From NCBI GenBank assembly GCA_029776155.1, contig JAKOTU010000040.1:46484-110483 (forward strand): a stretch of DNA of 64,000 nucleotides, given 5' to 3'. Positions within the stretch are counted from its first letter, which is position 1; the number at the start of each line of letters is the position of its first letter. The DNA comes from Bacillota bacterium. Lineage in GTDB: Bacteria > Bacillota > Limnochordia > Darwinibacteriales > Darwinibacteriaceae. The notes under the pieces were generated by a model. It did not search any database. It was not told the DNA's origin and saw only the letters and a list, made by a program, of their open reading frames with translations. Positions 1 through 9,621 of this stretch are shown here, one piece after another. Made by a program: the position numbers and the translations under genes.

Positions 1-692
1 AGCAGGGTGCCCAAGCGCACCAGATCTAGATGGCTCTGGGGCAGCGTCAAAAAAGCGGCACTGTTGGCGGCATGCCAAAGGACGTTAGGGGCTTGGGTGT
101 GGGTTTGGAACTGCTCCCGCAGAGCGAGAAAGGTCTGCAGTTGTTTTCTGGTGAAGCGGCGATCCCAGGCAGCCGCGGAGAAATGGGTGAACACGCCTCC
201 CAACTTAAGGTGGGAGGCGTTGGCGATCAGTTCTACCACAGATAAAAAGTCCTGGGGAGCTACCCCGAGCCGCCCGAAGCCTGTATCCACTTTAACCTGT
301 ACGCTAAGGCGCCGCTGCCCCTTTTCGGCCAGTCGGTTGAGTTCCCCAACCAGGTGAGGGGAGGTGATGGTGGGGGTCAGGCTGTGCTCGACCACCGCCG
401 GGAGCTGATCGGGCAGGGGCGGGGTGAGCAGCATGATCTGGGGCTTGGTCCAGGCTAGGATATCCAGGGCTTCTTCCACCGTGCTTACTGCGATGGTGGA
501 GCAGCCCCGGCTGCGCAGGAAGGCGGCCACAACGGGCGCCCCGTGTCCGTAGGCATCGCCCTTAAGGATGGGGAGGATCGGTACCGCACTCAGCTTCTGG
601 AGCAGCCGCAGGTTGTGTTCCAGGGCGGAGAGGTTAACCTCCACCCAAGCGGAAAAAGCTAATGGCCTTCCCTTTTCCGGCTGCGCAGCCAA
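1..692 (-). CDS. alr: alanine racemase (3' end runs off the window; start codon uncertain)
   Basis: Not in the ORF track; manual translation gives AWVEVNLSALEHN...PILKGDAYGHG (PLP lysine motif) and DLVRLGTL at the window edge. Nearest in-frame upstream start is TTG at 692. Confidence 0.9.
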   Translation of the reverse strand, partial: MAAQPEKGRPLAFSAWVEVNLSALEHNLRLLQKLSAVPILPILKGDAYGHGAPVVAAFLRSRGCSTIAVSTVEEALDILAWTKPQIMLLTPPLPDQLPAVVEHSLTPTITSPHLVGELNRLAEKGQRRLSVQVKVDTGFGRLGVAPQDFLSVVELIANASHLKLGGVFTHFSAAAWDRRFTRKQLQTFLALREQFQTHTQAPNVLWHAANSAAFLTLPQSHLDLVRLGTL

Positions 693-1711
693 TTGTGCAG
701 TTTTAGTCCAGCCAGCCACAGGGCATACCCTCCTCGTCGAACGGGCAGGTCAAACTCGCCTACGTACGTTTCCAACTGGGCACCAAACCCTTCCTTGAAT
801 CGGTAGAGCCCGTAGAGGGGATGTTCGGGTCGCAGATCACCGGAGACTCCCCGAAAATTGTAAATGGTGCAGCCCGCGCCCTTAGCCCAGCGGATCATCT
901 CCCACTGGAGGAGGTGAGGGGCTTGGAGGTTGCGCTGTTCGCTGCTGGAGGCACCGTATACATACCAAGCCCGCTGTCCCAAGCGGAAGCAGATGGCCCC
1001 CGCAAGGGGCTTTCCTTCGTGGTAGGCCAGGAACACTCTGGCCAGTCCCCCTAGGACCAGATGATCCCAGAGGGCTTCGAAATAGCTTAGGTCTCGAATG
1101 GTGAAATGGTCCCGCTGCGCAGTCTCCTGGAGCAGGCAGTAAAACACGCCCAGCTGGCCCTTTTCCCTTATCTGCTGCACCTGGACGCCCTTGCGCTGGG
1201 CGTAGCGGATGTTGTAGCGAGTTTTGCTCTTCATGCCGCCTAAGAGCGTATCTAGGGAGGGATGGAGATCCAAAACCATCACATGGCGGGGTTGGACGCT
1301 GTCAAAGTCCAATCCCGTTTCCACTGGCCTCAGCCCCAGGGAGGACGTAGTTTCAAGCCAGATCTGGTCTCCCTGGGGTATGGCCGGATCCATCTTCCAG
1401 ACCAAGGCTCCTTTGGCCTTCAGGAAGGCAGCCCCTTCCGTGAGCAGGCAGCGTAAGGCCTCCGGTGAGGAGTAGAGTGGTCCCCGGGGGGAATAGGCTG
1501 CGTACCCGGGGATCAGGGGGAGCCTTTTGGTCAAAACGAGCGCCGAGGCCACCAACGCTCCCCTTTCCAGGACCCCCAAGGGGTAAGCCTCCCAGCCTGT
1601 ACTAGCTTTTACCCTGCCCCAGGCTGTGGTTTGGAGTACGTCCCCCCGGGGATGGGAGGCCACATAGTGGTCAAACAGGGCCGGCCGTTCCAGGAAGAGC
1701 TTGATCTCCAT
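659..1711 (-). CDS. FemAB/FemX-family peptidoglycan aminoacyltransferase
   Basis: LQTTAWGRVK, SPRGP, KSKTRYNIR, GLYRFKEGFG and YVGEFD motifs typical of FemABX/MurM proteins. Confidence 0.9.
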   Translation of the reverse strand: MEIKLFLERPALFDHYVASHPRGDVLQTTAWGRVKASTGWEAYPLGVLERGALVASALVLTKRLPLIPGYAAYSPRGPLYSSPEALRCLLTEGAAFLKAKGALVWKMDPAIPQGDQIWLETTSSLGLRPVETGLDFDSVQPRHVMVLDLHPSLDTLLGGMKSKTRYNIRYAQRKGVQVQQIREKGQLGVFYCLLQETAQRDHFTIRDLSYFEALWDHLVLGGLARVFLAYHEGKPLAGAICFRLGQRAWYVYGASSSEQRNLQAPHLLQWEMIRWAKGAGCTIYNFRGVSGDLRPEHPLYGLYRFKEGFGAQLETYVGEFDLPVRRGGYALWLAGLKLHNWLRSRKREGH

Positions 1712-1798
1712 ATTCTTCCTCCTTCCGCACCACCATAGTATATGTACTAATTACTCCCGGTGCCGCGTAATTATTCTTAGGAAGGAAGGGGGAAGCCC

Positions 1799-2953
1799 AT
1801 GCGGTCATGGCAAGGGGCAGTTTTGGCGGCTGTGGCTGTGCTGTGTTGGGTAGGCGCTCCTTTGGCAGCGGGGAGTGTTTCTGCCCCGCCGGAGCTCAGC
1901 GCCATCGCCTATGCGGTCTATGATGCCGACTATGACTATCTGGTCTTGGAAAAAAACGCCCACCAGCGCCGCTCCATCGCCAGCATTACCAAGGTGATGA
2001 CCCTGCTTGTCGCGGCGGAACTGGTGGAGGCGGGCAAGATCGGCCTCGGAGATGAGGTCACGGTCAGTGCCCGGGCCGCCAGCCGGGAAGGGACCCAGAT
2101 CAACCTCAAGGCGGGGGATCGCTTAACGGTGGAAGAACTGTTGTATGCTTCCGCTCTGCAGTCGGCCAATGATGCCGCGGTAGCCCTGGCTGAATACGTG
2201 GCGGGGTCAGAGGCGGAGTTTGCTAAGCTCATGAATGCCAAAGCTCAAGAGCTGGGACTGCGGGACACCCACTATGTGGACTGCACGGGGCTTTTGTCCA
2301 TGTCCAGCAACAACTATTCCACAGCCTCCGACCAAGCGAGGCTGCTTGCCGCGGCCCTAAACTCGCAGCTAGTGCGGGAAATCCTGCGCGCCCCCGATTA
2401 CTTCCTCAAAAGCCAGAACCGCAAGATTACCAATTCCCATCCCCTCTTGGACTCTCCAGGGGTAGAGGGGGGCAAGACCGGAGCCACTACTCCCGCGGGA
2501 CATACCCTGATCACATCTTGCGTGCGCCACGGCCGCAGGCTGATCGCGGTTGTTTTAGGGGCGCGCACTCGGGAAATCAGGAATTCCGAAAACGAAGCGC
2601 TTTTGGAGTGGGCCTTTGGCAACTTACGCACTCTCATCTCCACAGAGGAGGTGCAGGCGCGCCTGATCGTGCCCGATGGGGTGCACCACCAGGTTGATGC
2701 CGTTTTGGCCAGGGAGTTTTCCGTAGTAGTGAGGGACGACCAGGATCGCGAGTTTACTGCGGAGGTGGAGCTGAAACCTAAGCTGCGAGCGCCCATCGAC
2801 GCCGGGGATAAGGTGGGGGAGCTGGTGGTGCGGCGTGCTGATGGGGTGACCGTACGTTTGGATCTTGTGGCGCGCCAGAGCACGGGCCTGGCGACCTGGC
2901 TGCGGCGGCTTTTCAATCATCTCCGCCATTTTTTCGGCCGATTGGGTGAATGA
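1799..2953 (+). CDS. D-alanyl-D-alanine carboxypeptidase (peptidase S11, DacA/DacF-like)
   Basis: Signal peptide; SITK, SAN and KTG motifs; PBP5 C-terminal domain; amphipathic C-terminal helix. Confidence 0.92.
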   Translation: MRSWQGAVLAAVAVLCWVGAPLAAGSVSAPPELSAIAYAVYDADYDYLVLEKNAHQRRSIASITKVMTLLVAAELVEAGKIGLGDEVTVSARAASREGTQINLKAGDRLTVEELLYASALQSANDAAVALAEYVAGSEAEFAKLMNAKAQELGLRDTHYVDCTGLLSMSSNNYSTASDQARLLAAALNSQLVREILRAPDYFLKSQNRKITNSHPLLDSPGVEGGKTGATTPAGHTLITSCVRHGRRLIAVVLGARTREIRNSENEALLEWAFGNLRTLISTEEVQARLIVPDGVHHQVDAVLAREFSVVVRDDQDREFTAEVELKPKLRAPIDAGDKVGELVVRRADGVTVRLDLVARQSTGLATWLRRLFNHLRHFFGRLGE

Positions 2954-4896
2954 CCATGACCGGTATTTCCACCGCAATGGTACAGAGGAGAATCTTATTT
3001 ATGCTTTTGGTGCTCATTGCCGCGGCTGGCCTGCTCGCTCTGCGCCTCGCCTACCTCCAATTGTGGCAGAACGAGTTTTTCCAGGCCAAAGCGCTGGAAC
3101 AGCGCCTGCAGCGCATACCCATTGAGGGGCTGCGGGGTGGGATCTACGACCGCAATGGAGTGCCGCTGGCTGTGAGCGTAAGTGCCCATACCGCCTATGC
3201 CATCCCCGCGGAGGTTCTGGACAAGGAAGGTACCGCCCGAAAATTGGCTAGCATTCTCAATCTCGACGAGGGATTCATCCTGCAGCGTCTGCAGAAGCAT
3301 TCCGCGGTGGAATGGCTGAAAAAAAAGATCACTGACCAAGAGGCCAGGGCCATTATCGCCGCGGGCCTGCCCGGGATCGGTGTGGTCCCCTCTTCAACCA
3401 GGGTGTACCCCTTCGGTTCGGTGGCGCCTCAGGTCTTGGGCTTTGTGGGCATCGATAATCAAGGTCTGGAGGGGCTCGAACTCTACTATGACGAGTTCCT
3501 CAGGGGTACCCCAGGGCAGACCGTCTTTGAACGGGATGCCCAGGGCAGGGCTTTAGAAGATGGGGTGCGGGGCTATCTCCCGGGAAAAAAGGGCGGCGAC
3601 CTCATCCTGACCATTGACATTTTCATTCAGCGTATTGCCGAGGAAGAGGTGCGCCGGGCCACTTTGGAAACGGGATCCCGCTTGGGGTTGATCCTGGTCA
3701 GTGATCCGAAAACGGGTGAAATCCTGGCCACGGCCATCTACCCCACCTTTGATCTGGAAAACTTTGCCGCCTACCCGGCGGCCAACCGCAGAAACATTGC
3801 CGTGACCGATACCTATGAACCGGGTTCCACCTTTAAAGCCGTCACCGCGGCTTTGGCCCTCCAGGAGGGAGTGACCACACTCCACTCTGGGTTTTTCGAT
3901 CCGGGATACATTAGGGTCTCGGGTTGGACGGTACGCTGCTGGAACCGGGGCGGCCACGGTCCCCAGTCCTTTGTGGAGACCATGCAAAACTCCTGCAATC
4001 CCTACTACGCCAAACTGGCCCTGGACTTGGGGCCCGAACGCTTCCATCAAGGACTGCTGCGCTTCAATTTGGGGCAGAAGACCGGCGTTGACTTTCCGGG
4101 GGAAATGGGGGGCGTACTTAAGGCACCTTCACCTAGTGTGCCCTTGGTCACCTGGGCCAACATTGGTTTCGGCCAAGGACTCACCGTAACGCCCGTTCAG
4201 CTGTTGGCCTGTTTTGGGGCAATTGCTAACAAGGGGATTTATACGCCGCTGCGCTATGTTAAGGAGATGGTGACGGAGGAAGGCAGTTTTCCCCCCGATG
4301 TACCTGAACCCAGACAGATCATCTCCAGCGAGGTAGCTGAGACCACCGCCTACGTGCTGCGCATGGCGGTGGAGCGAGGGTCTGGGAAACGGGCGGAAGT
4401 GCCGGGGTACGACGTGGCGGGCAAAACAGGAACAGCCCAGTTGGTTGAGAACGGCCGCTACTCCCACTCCAAAATGGTCACTTCCTTCGCCGGTTTTGCC
4501 CCCAAAGATGACCCAAAAATGGCGGCCCTTTTGGTGCTCTGGGAACCCCAGGGAGCTTTCTACGGGGGGATCATCGCTTCTCCCGTGTTTGCCCGCCTTG
4601 CGGAACGGGTGCTCACCTACATGGGCGTGGAACGTAAGCCGACTGCCCGTGCCAGCACGGTTCGGCAGGTTAGTGTTCCCGATGTGGGGGGCATGGAGGC
4701 GGCTGAAGCCCAAGGGGTTTTGCAGCGGCAGGGGTTTAGGGTAGAAGTGGTGGGGCCGGGAACGAGGATTATCGGCCAGGTCCCCGCCCCTGGGGCCCAG
4801 ATCGATGCGGGGTCTTTGATCTACATCTACACGGAGATCCCCCCCGATGCCGAGCTGGAGACTTTAGCCGACCAGCCCAATCCTTACGGGGCGTAG
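2950..4896 (+). CDS. class B penicillin-binding protein with PASTA domain (SpoVD/FtsI-like)
   Basis: N-terminal TM; RGGIYDRNG, EPGSTFK, SCN and KTGTAQ motifs; C-terminal PASTA. Confidence 0.92.
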   Translation: MTMTGISTAMVQRRILFMLLVLIAAAGLLALRLAYLQLWQNEFFQAKALEQRLQRIPIEGLRGGIYDRNGVPLAVSVSAHTAYAIPAEVLDKEGTARKLASILNLDEGFILQRLQKHSAVEWLKKKITDQEARAIIAAGLPGIGVVPSSTRVYPFGSVAPQVLGFVGIDNQGLEGLELYYDEFLRGTPGQTVFERDAQGRALEDGVRGYLPGKKGGDLILTIDIFIQRIAEEEVRRATLETGSRLGLILVSDPKTGEILATAIYPTFDLENFAAYPAANRRNIAVTDTYEPGSTFKAVTAALALQEGVTTLHSGFFDPGYIRVSGWTVRCWNRGGHGPQSFVETMQNSCNPYYAKLALDLGPERFHQGLLRFNLGQKTGVDFPGEMGGVLKAPSPSVPLVTWANIGFGQGLTVTPVQLLACFGAIANKGIYTPLRYVKEMVTEEGSFPPDVPEPRQIISSEVAETTAYVLRMAVERGSGKRAEVPGYDVAGKTGTAQLVENGRYSHSKMVTSFAGFAPKDDPKMAALLVLWEPQGAFYGGIIASPVFARLAERVLTYMGVERKPTARASTVRQVSVPDVGGMEAAEAQGVLQRQGFRVEVVGPGTRIIGQVPAPGAQIDAGSLIYIYTEIPPDAELETLADQPNPYGA

Positions 4897-4941
4897 TTGG
4901 GCGGCAGGAAGCAAGCAGCAGGGAGTAGAAGTACCTCCCTG

Positions 4942-5571
4942 CTAATTTCTTTTGTTCTGCATGTTTTGGTAGTGGCGGCAGCGGCTTTGGAGGGGACATT
5001 GGTTGCAGAGGGGCTGGCGGGCCTTGCACAGGGCCCTGCCGTGGCGGATCAGCCAGTGGTGGGCATCGATCCACTTCTCCTGGGGGATCACCTCCATGAG
5101 CTGCTGCTCTGTCTGGAGGGGGGTGGAGGCAGTGGACAGGCCCAGGCGGTTGGCCACCCGGAACACGTGGGTATCCACGGCAATGGCCGGGATTCCAAAG
5201 GCGTTGGCCAGCACCACGTTGGCCGTCTTGCGGCCTACACCCGGCAGTGCCTCTAAATCTTCCCGGGTGCGCGGCACTTCGCCGCCGTATTTCTCCACCA
5301 GGATCTTGGCTGTCCCTATCAGATTGCTGGCCTTGCTGCGCCAAAGCCCGGCACTGCGGATATAGGAGGCCACTTCCTCAAAGCTGGCCTGGGCCAAGTG
5401 GTGGGGCGTGGGAAAAGCGGGGAAGAGCTCCTTGGTGATCTCGTTCACCCGTTCATCGGTGCACTGGGCAGAGAGGATGGTGGCCACCAAGAGCTGGAAG
5501 GGGCTGCTGTGGTTTAGTGCCGTTTTAGAGTTGGGATACATGGATTCCAGGATCTGAAGGATCTCTAACAT
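4942..5571 (-). CDS. nth: endonuclease III
   Basis: LLVATILSAQCTD, LPGVGRKTANVV, VDTHV and the C-x6-C-x2-C-x5-C Fe-S motif; ATG at 5571 follows a GGTGAG RBS. Confidence 0.95.
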   Translation of the reverse strand: MLEILQILESMYPNSKTALNHSSPFQLLVATILSAQCTDERVNEITKELFPAFPTPHHLAQASFEEVASYIRSAGLWRSKASNLIGTAKILVEKYGGEVPRTREDLEALPGVGRKTANVVLANAFGIPAIAVDTHVFRVANRLGLSTASTPLQTEQQLMEVIPQEKWIDAHHWLIRHGRALCKARQPLCNQCPLQSRCRHYQNMQNKRN

Positions 5572-5587
5572 GGACTCACCTGCTGGC

Positions 5588-6508
5588 TTAATAGTCGAGG
5601 AAGTGCTGCTCCTCCGGGGGCAGGGCATGGTCTCCGCCCCGGTCCCGGCAGTGCACGCAGCCCCGGCAGTCCCGGGTTACCCTAACCAGGCCGTCTTCAT
5701 CCATAATCAGTCCGTAAGGACAGGCCGTGTGGGGGTCCGGGCTGAACAGACTGGTGATCAAATCCTTGAGCTGTTCGGCCAAGGTTTTGTCGGGTTTGGG
5801 CACTTTAAAGTCGGCCAGGGCTTCTTTGTAGCTCACTTTCCGCTTGGTCAAGCGGCTCTTGGCCACCTTATGATAAGAGGCGTACAAAAACAGGTCCGCT
5901 TCGGTGCGGCCTGGAAACTCGTGAAGCAGGCCCTGCTCCCGGATTAACTGGCAGACGGGTTTGTAGATTTCCTGTTCCCAACTGGCAGCGGCATTGTGCA
6001 GCGTGAGCTCGATGCCCAAAGCCTCTGATTCTTCCTGGCGGTACTGCTCGATCTGCATGAGCAGCTTGTCGTAGGCCCCAAGCTCCGTCAGTTCGATGCC
6101 GCTCAAACCCGTTTTGTGTTCAAAGATGGAACGCTCCCGCCAGAGCAGGTTGAGTTCGCTGTCCGGGGGAGGGAAGAACTCCACGACTTCGGCGTCGATA
6201 TACGTTTGGCCAACTTCCTTGGCCGCTGCCACCCTGTGGTTGCCGTCCACCACGTAGTATTTGTCGCCAACCTTATACAGCGAGACTGGGGGGAGGGTGG
6301 CACCCCTTTCTACAGCCTGTTTGATCTGTTGGTAGCGGTACATCGTGGCCCGGTTCTTGATCCGAAAGCGGGCATCAAAATCCCGCCAGCGGTTAACCGA
6401 GCCTACAATCTGGTCCACAGGGACTGTACGCAGTCCCAGGTACAGCGAATCGGTAAGACCTAGTTCTTCCTTGGCAGTGTGAAACGCTGCAGCATGTCGT
6501 CCTCGCAT
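5588..6508 (-). CDS. ParB/Srx-like domain + DUF4032-like domain protein with C-terminal Cys cluster
   Basis: IVGSV-R-DFD...LPPV-LYKVG--YYVVDGNHRV (ParB/Srx-like); IYKPVC..FPGRTEADLFL (DUF4032-like); terminal CP...CxxCxxC. Confidence 0.75.
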   Translation of the reverse strand: MRGRHAAAFHTAKEELGLTDSLYLGLRTVPVDQIVGSVNRWRDFDARFRIKNRATMYRYQQIKQAVERGATLPPVSLYKVGDKYYVVDGNHRVAAAKEVGQTYIDAEVVEFFPPPDSELNLLWRERSIFEHKTGLSGIELTELGAYDKLLMQIEQYRQEESEALGIELTLHNAAASWEQEIYKPVCQLIREQGLLHEFPGRTEADLFLYASYHKVAKSRLTKRKVSYKEALADFKVPKPDKTLAEQLKDLITSLFSPDPHTACPYGLIMDEDGLVRVTRDCRGCVHCRDRGGDHALPPEEQHFLDY

Positions 6509-6515
6509 TGGACAC

Positions 6516-7127
6516 TCACTCCACCGGCGGTTCTATTTCCAAAATGTGAAAGCCATAGCCGTTGATGACCACAGTATCGTTTACTACATCAATGCGGTTC
6601 TGTTTTAGTCCGTAATTGAGATGGGTATGTCCGTGGATGAAATAGCGGGGCTTGTACTTGTGTATGATGTGGGAAAAGGTCAAAAAGCCCTTATGGCATT
6701 GGTCTTCTGCGTCGTGAATGCCGAAAGGGGGAGCATGGGTGAGCACGATGTCGATTCTGCGTCCCGTGAGAAAGCGCCAGGCCATGCGGCGCCAAATGGC
6801 CCGCATCTGCCGCTCGGTATACTGCACAGCGGAAGGGTGATGGTAAAACATGGATCCTTCAAAGCCAATAATGGTCAGGCCCTTGAAGGAGACCACTTTT
6901 CCGTGGATATTTTCACCGCCATCGGGGGGATTGTGGGCGTAGTTGTCGTCATGGTTGCCGCGAACATAGTAGAGGGGTGCGTTGAATACCGACATGAGGT
7001 AGGAAAGATACCAGGGGGGTAAATCACCAACGGAGAGGATGGCGTCGATGGACTCTGGAAAGCGTTCACGCCTGAAATGGTCGTACAACTGGGGATCAAC
7101 CGTATCGCCAACGATGAGAAAAGTCAA
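6516..7127 (-). CDS. calcineurin-like metallophosphoesterase
   Basis: GD, GDL, GNHD, THAPP and HGHTH motifs; TTG start after a GGGAGG RBS. Confidence 0.9.
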   Translation of the reverse strand: MTFLIVGDTVDPQLYDHFRRERFPESIDAILSVGDLPPWYLSYLMSVFNAPLYYVRGNHDDNYAHNPPDGGENIHGKVVSFKGLTIIGFEGSMFYHHPSAVQYTERQMRAIWRRMAWRFLTGRRIDIVLTHAPPFGIHDAEDQCHKGFLTFSHIIHKYKPRYFIHGHTHLNYGLKQNRIDVVNDTVVINGYGFHILEIEPPVE

Positions 7128-7205
7128 GCTAGAACCTCCCAACCTAAATCACCTCAGTCAGAAAGCGAAGCTGTCTAGACACCCTGCGCCATCTGGCACC
7201 GGCGC

Positions 7206-7538
7206 CTATGCCATATCTCCGCGGAGACGGGCGTTTTCTTCTTGGGCTACGAGGCGTTTTTCGTGCACGGCTGACATGATCTTGCTTTCCAGGGTTACGC
7301 CTTTGAGCCTTTCCCAAAACTTGGGAGGGCGGATGATGGAGCAGTAGCGCTCAGGAGCCTTGTACCACGCCGTATCGGGGCCATCAACTGCCTCAACTTT
7401 GGCGCAATCCTCCATGAGCGTGACCCGGATCCCCCACTGATCCCCCGGGGCGATCTCAAGATAAACGGCAGACTTGTCGGTGGGGCGACTCCATTGGCCT
7501 CGATTGAGTTCGTTCAGCATGCTTTCATCCTTTCCCAC
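7206..7538 (-). CDS. hypothetical protein (start may be ATG 7520)
   Basis: Protein-like ORF filling the gap; AAGGA RBS before ATG 7520; no family recognised. Confidence 0.65.
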   Translation of the reverse strand: MGKDESMLNELNRGQWSRPTDKSAVYLEIAPGDQWGIRVTLMEDCAKVEAVDGPDTAWYKAPERYCSIIRPPKFWERLKGVTLESKIMSAVHEKRLVAQEENARLRGDMA

Positions 7539-7585
7539 TTGTAAGTATTACACATCGGGTCCCCAAATCCTAGTCTGATTGGGAG

Positions 7586-8065
7586 ATGGTTGTGTTGGTG
7601 TTGTTAACGATATGTATCTTTTTGTCTCTGCTCTGTCCCCAACCGGTTTGGGCTGGGGAGGAATCGGTACCTGGTCTGCACCTCGCTAAAGCCGAGTGGG
7701 CCTGTGAAGTTAGGGGGGAGGATGACTACGATCCCAATCCCGAAGGGCGTTTTCCCCGTGGTCAGCGGGGATACGCTTATCTGGTAGTGGAGGGTTTCCA
7801 GGTGGACAGGCTAGGAGAGTACTACGTTTTGCAGTTGAATGTGGATGTGGCCTTGGAAACCCGGCGGGGCCTGCGGCTCTTTACCCAGAAAGATGTACTG
7901 GAACTGGAAGAGTGGTACCTGGAGCCCCCTGCTAATACATGGTTCTACATCTATGTGGACGTTCCCTGGTGGGCCCCCCGGGGTACATACGTGGCGGTGA
8001 TCACAGTGCGGGATGTGCTGGCAGGCAGCGTACTGGAGGAAAAACGGGAGGTTGTGGTGTACTAA
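7586..8065 (+). CDS. exported hypothetical protein (beta-rich)
   Basis: Hydrophobic signal peptide ending VWA, followed by a beta-strand-rich sequence. Confidence 0.65.
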   Translation: MVVLVLLTICIFLSLLCPQPVWAGEESVPGLHLAKAEWACEVRGEDDYDPNPEGRFPRGQRGYAYLVVEGFQVDRLGEYYVLQLNVDVALETRRGLRLFTQKDVLELEEWYLEPPANTWFYIYVDVPWWAPRGTYVAVITVRDVLAGSVLEEKREVVVY

Positions 8066-8071
8066 TTCGCC

Positions 8072-8089
8072 TTGTGAAAAGGGATACAA
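8072..8089 (+). promoter_or_regulatory. putative Rex operator upstream of rex (autoregulation)
   Basis: TTGTGAA-AAGG-GATACAA versus consensus TTGTGAA-n4-TTCACAA; left half perfect, right half degenerate. Confidence 0.5.
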
Positions 8090-8138
8090 GGTTTGCTTGT
8101 CGTAGTATGAACAAGCAGACCATTTTTCAAGGGGGAAT

Positions 8139-8807
8139 ATGATGACAGCACGAGGGAGGAAAAAGCGCGACGCAATCCCCCAAGGGGTTGTGGGCCGCTT
8201 ACCCGTTTATTTTCGCTATCTCACGGAACTAGCAGCCCAGGGGGTGGACAAGGTTTCCTCAGCCCAACTGGGTGAAGCTTTGGACTTTACCGCAGCCCAA
8301 ATCCGCTCGGACCTCAGCTACTTCGGGTCCTTTGGCCAGCAGGGATACGGTTATAACGTTGGGGAGCTCCTGCAGCAGGTGCGGAACATCTTAGGGCTGG
8401 ACAAAAGGCACTCGCTGGTTCTGGTGGGGGCTGGCAATATCGGAAAGGCCATTGGTAGTTACAGCTGGTTTCGGGCGGAGGGGTTTATTATCGAAGCTAT
8501 TTTCGATATTGATCCCCACTTGATCGGCAACATACATGGGGGCTGTGCCATTCGCCACGTGGATGAACTCAGGCAGTACCTACGCAATCATCCCACCGAC
8601 ATTGGCATCATCGCTACGCCAAAAGAAGCGGCCCAGGCCATCTGCGACCTTCTGGTGGAAGGCGGCGTGCGGGGGATTTGGAACTTCTCCCCGGCACAGC
8701 TCGATGTACCGGACGAGGTGATCTTGGAAAACATCCACCTCACGGACAGCCTGCTGAGATTGTCCTTCCGCTTGAGCGAAAGGGAGCAGCGCGCCGAAGG
8801 CGAGTGA
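8139..8807 (+). CDS. rex: redox-sensing transcriptional repressor Rex
   Basis: RLPVYFRYL, QIRSDLSYFGSFGQQGYGY, GAGNIG Rossmann motif, GIWNF. Confidence 0.96.
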   Translation: MMTARGRKKRDAIPQGVVGRLPVYFRYLTELAAQGVDKVSSAQLGEALDFTAAQIRSDLSYFGSFGQQGYGYNVGELLQQVRNILGLDKRHSLVLVGAGNIGKAIGSYSWFRAEGFIIEAIFDIDPHLIGNIHGGCAIRHVDELRQYLRNHPTDIGIIATPKEAAQAICDLLVEGGVRGIWNFSPAQLDVPDEVILENIHLTDSLLRLSFRLSEREQRAEGE

Positions 8808-8822
8808 TCTGAATAGGAAAGC

Positions 8823-8855
8823 AAAAGCACCTGACTGGGCGTCAGGTGCTTTTTT
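8823..8855. terminator. bidirectional intrinsic terminator
   Basis: AAAAGCACCTGAC-tgggc-GTCAGGTGCTTTT between convergent genes. Confidence 0.85.
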
Positions 8856-8870
8856 GGGCATGTTGGTGAG

Positions 8871-9560
8871 TTACTTGTCGATGCGGGCCTTATCTAAAGC
8901 ATCACGGACCGCCAGGTTGGACATGAGGGTCAAACCAGTAGCTCCGCTGATGGTATCAACGTAACCAGGTTCGGAGTTGATAGCAGCCTGCTTGTAAGCT
9001 TCTCGAGCCTGCTCCAGGGGCCAGCCATACTCGGCGGGATCCTGGATGCTGCCGTCAGCAAGCACGCGCTGTGCTTTGTAGTCAACAATTTTGTCGTCTT
9101 TGATGGTGACCCATACTACTTTGTAGTAGCCGCGGCTGGCCACATCAGAACGACCCATGAACACGCCATCGAAGTACTTGTTGCTCGGTTTGTCGGGGCT
9201 GGCTTTAATGAGGGCCCTTTCTACAGCTTTGATATAGCCTACGCAGCTGCCGGTGGCCCCAGTGATGATATCCGCTTCGGCAGCTTGATTCTCTACAAAC
9301 TGCAGACCCAAGGTGCGGGCAGCTTCAGCAGCTTGAGGCCAGGGGTAGGTGGTCCAGTCCTTTTCCACCATTCTGTCATTAAACTCACGGAGAATAACGC
9401 CAACGATTTTCCCATCTTCGATGAATACTTTGGCGTAGCAGATGCTCTTGTCACCGGCATCGCCCCAGCCTTCATATGTACCATCGATGTACTGGGCATG
9501 GGAGATTACGCTCAACGACAAAACCAAGACGACAGCGAGGAGCAGCGAAAGCCTTTTCAT
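8871..9560 (-). CDS. exported protein with two FMN-binding (flavinylation) domains
   Basis: Signal peptide; two repeats (DGTYEG / DGVFMG) each carrying a flavinylation motif, DIITGAT and DTISGAT; GGAGG RBS. Confidence 0.85.
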   Translation of the reverse strand: MKRLSLLLAVVLVLSLSVISHAQYIDGTYEGWGDAGDKSICYAKVFIEDGKIVGVILREFNDRMVEKDWTTYPWPQAAEAARTLGLQFVENQAAEADIITGATGSCVGYIKAVERALIKASPDKPSNKYFDGVFMGRSDVASRGYYKVVWVTIKDDKIVDYKAQRVLADGSIQDPAEYGWPLEQAREAYKQAAINSEPGYVDTISGATGLTLMSNLAVRDALDKARIDK

Positions 9561-9588
9561 GTACTCAAACCTCCAATTCAATTTGTTC

Positions 9589-9606
9589 TAGTGAATTCTT
9601 TCACCA
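9589..9606 (-). promoter_or_regulatory. Rex operator
   Basis: TAGTGAA-TTCT-TTCACCA, two mismatches to the Rex consensus, lying between the promoter and RBS of the FMN-binding gene. Confidence 0.75.
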
Positions 9607-9621
9607 ACCGGGCCCAGCTTT

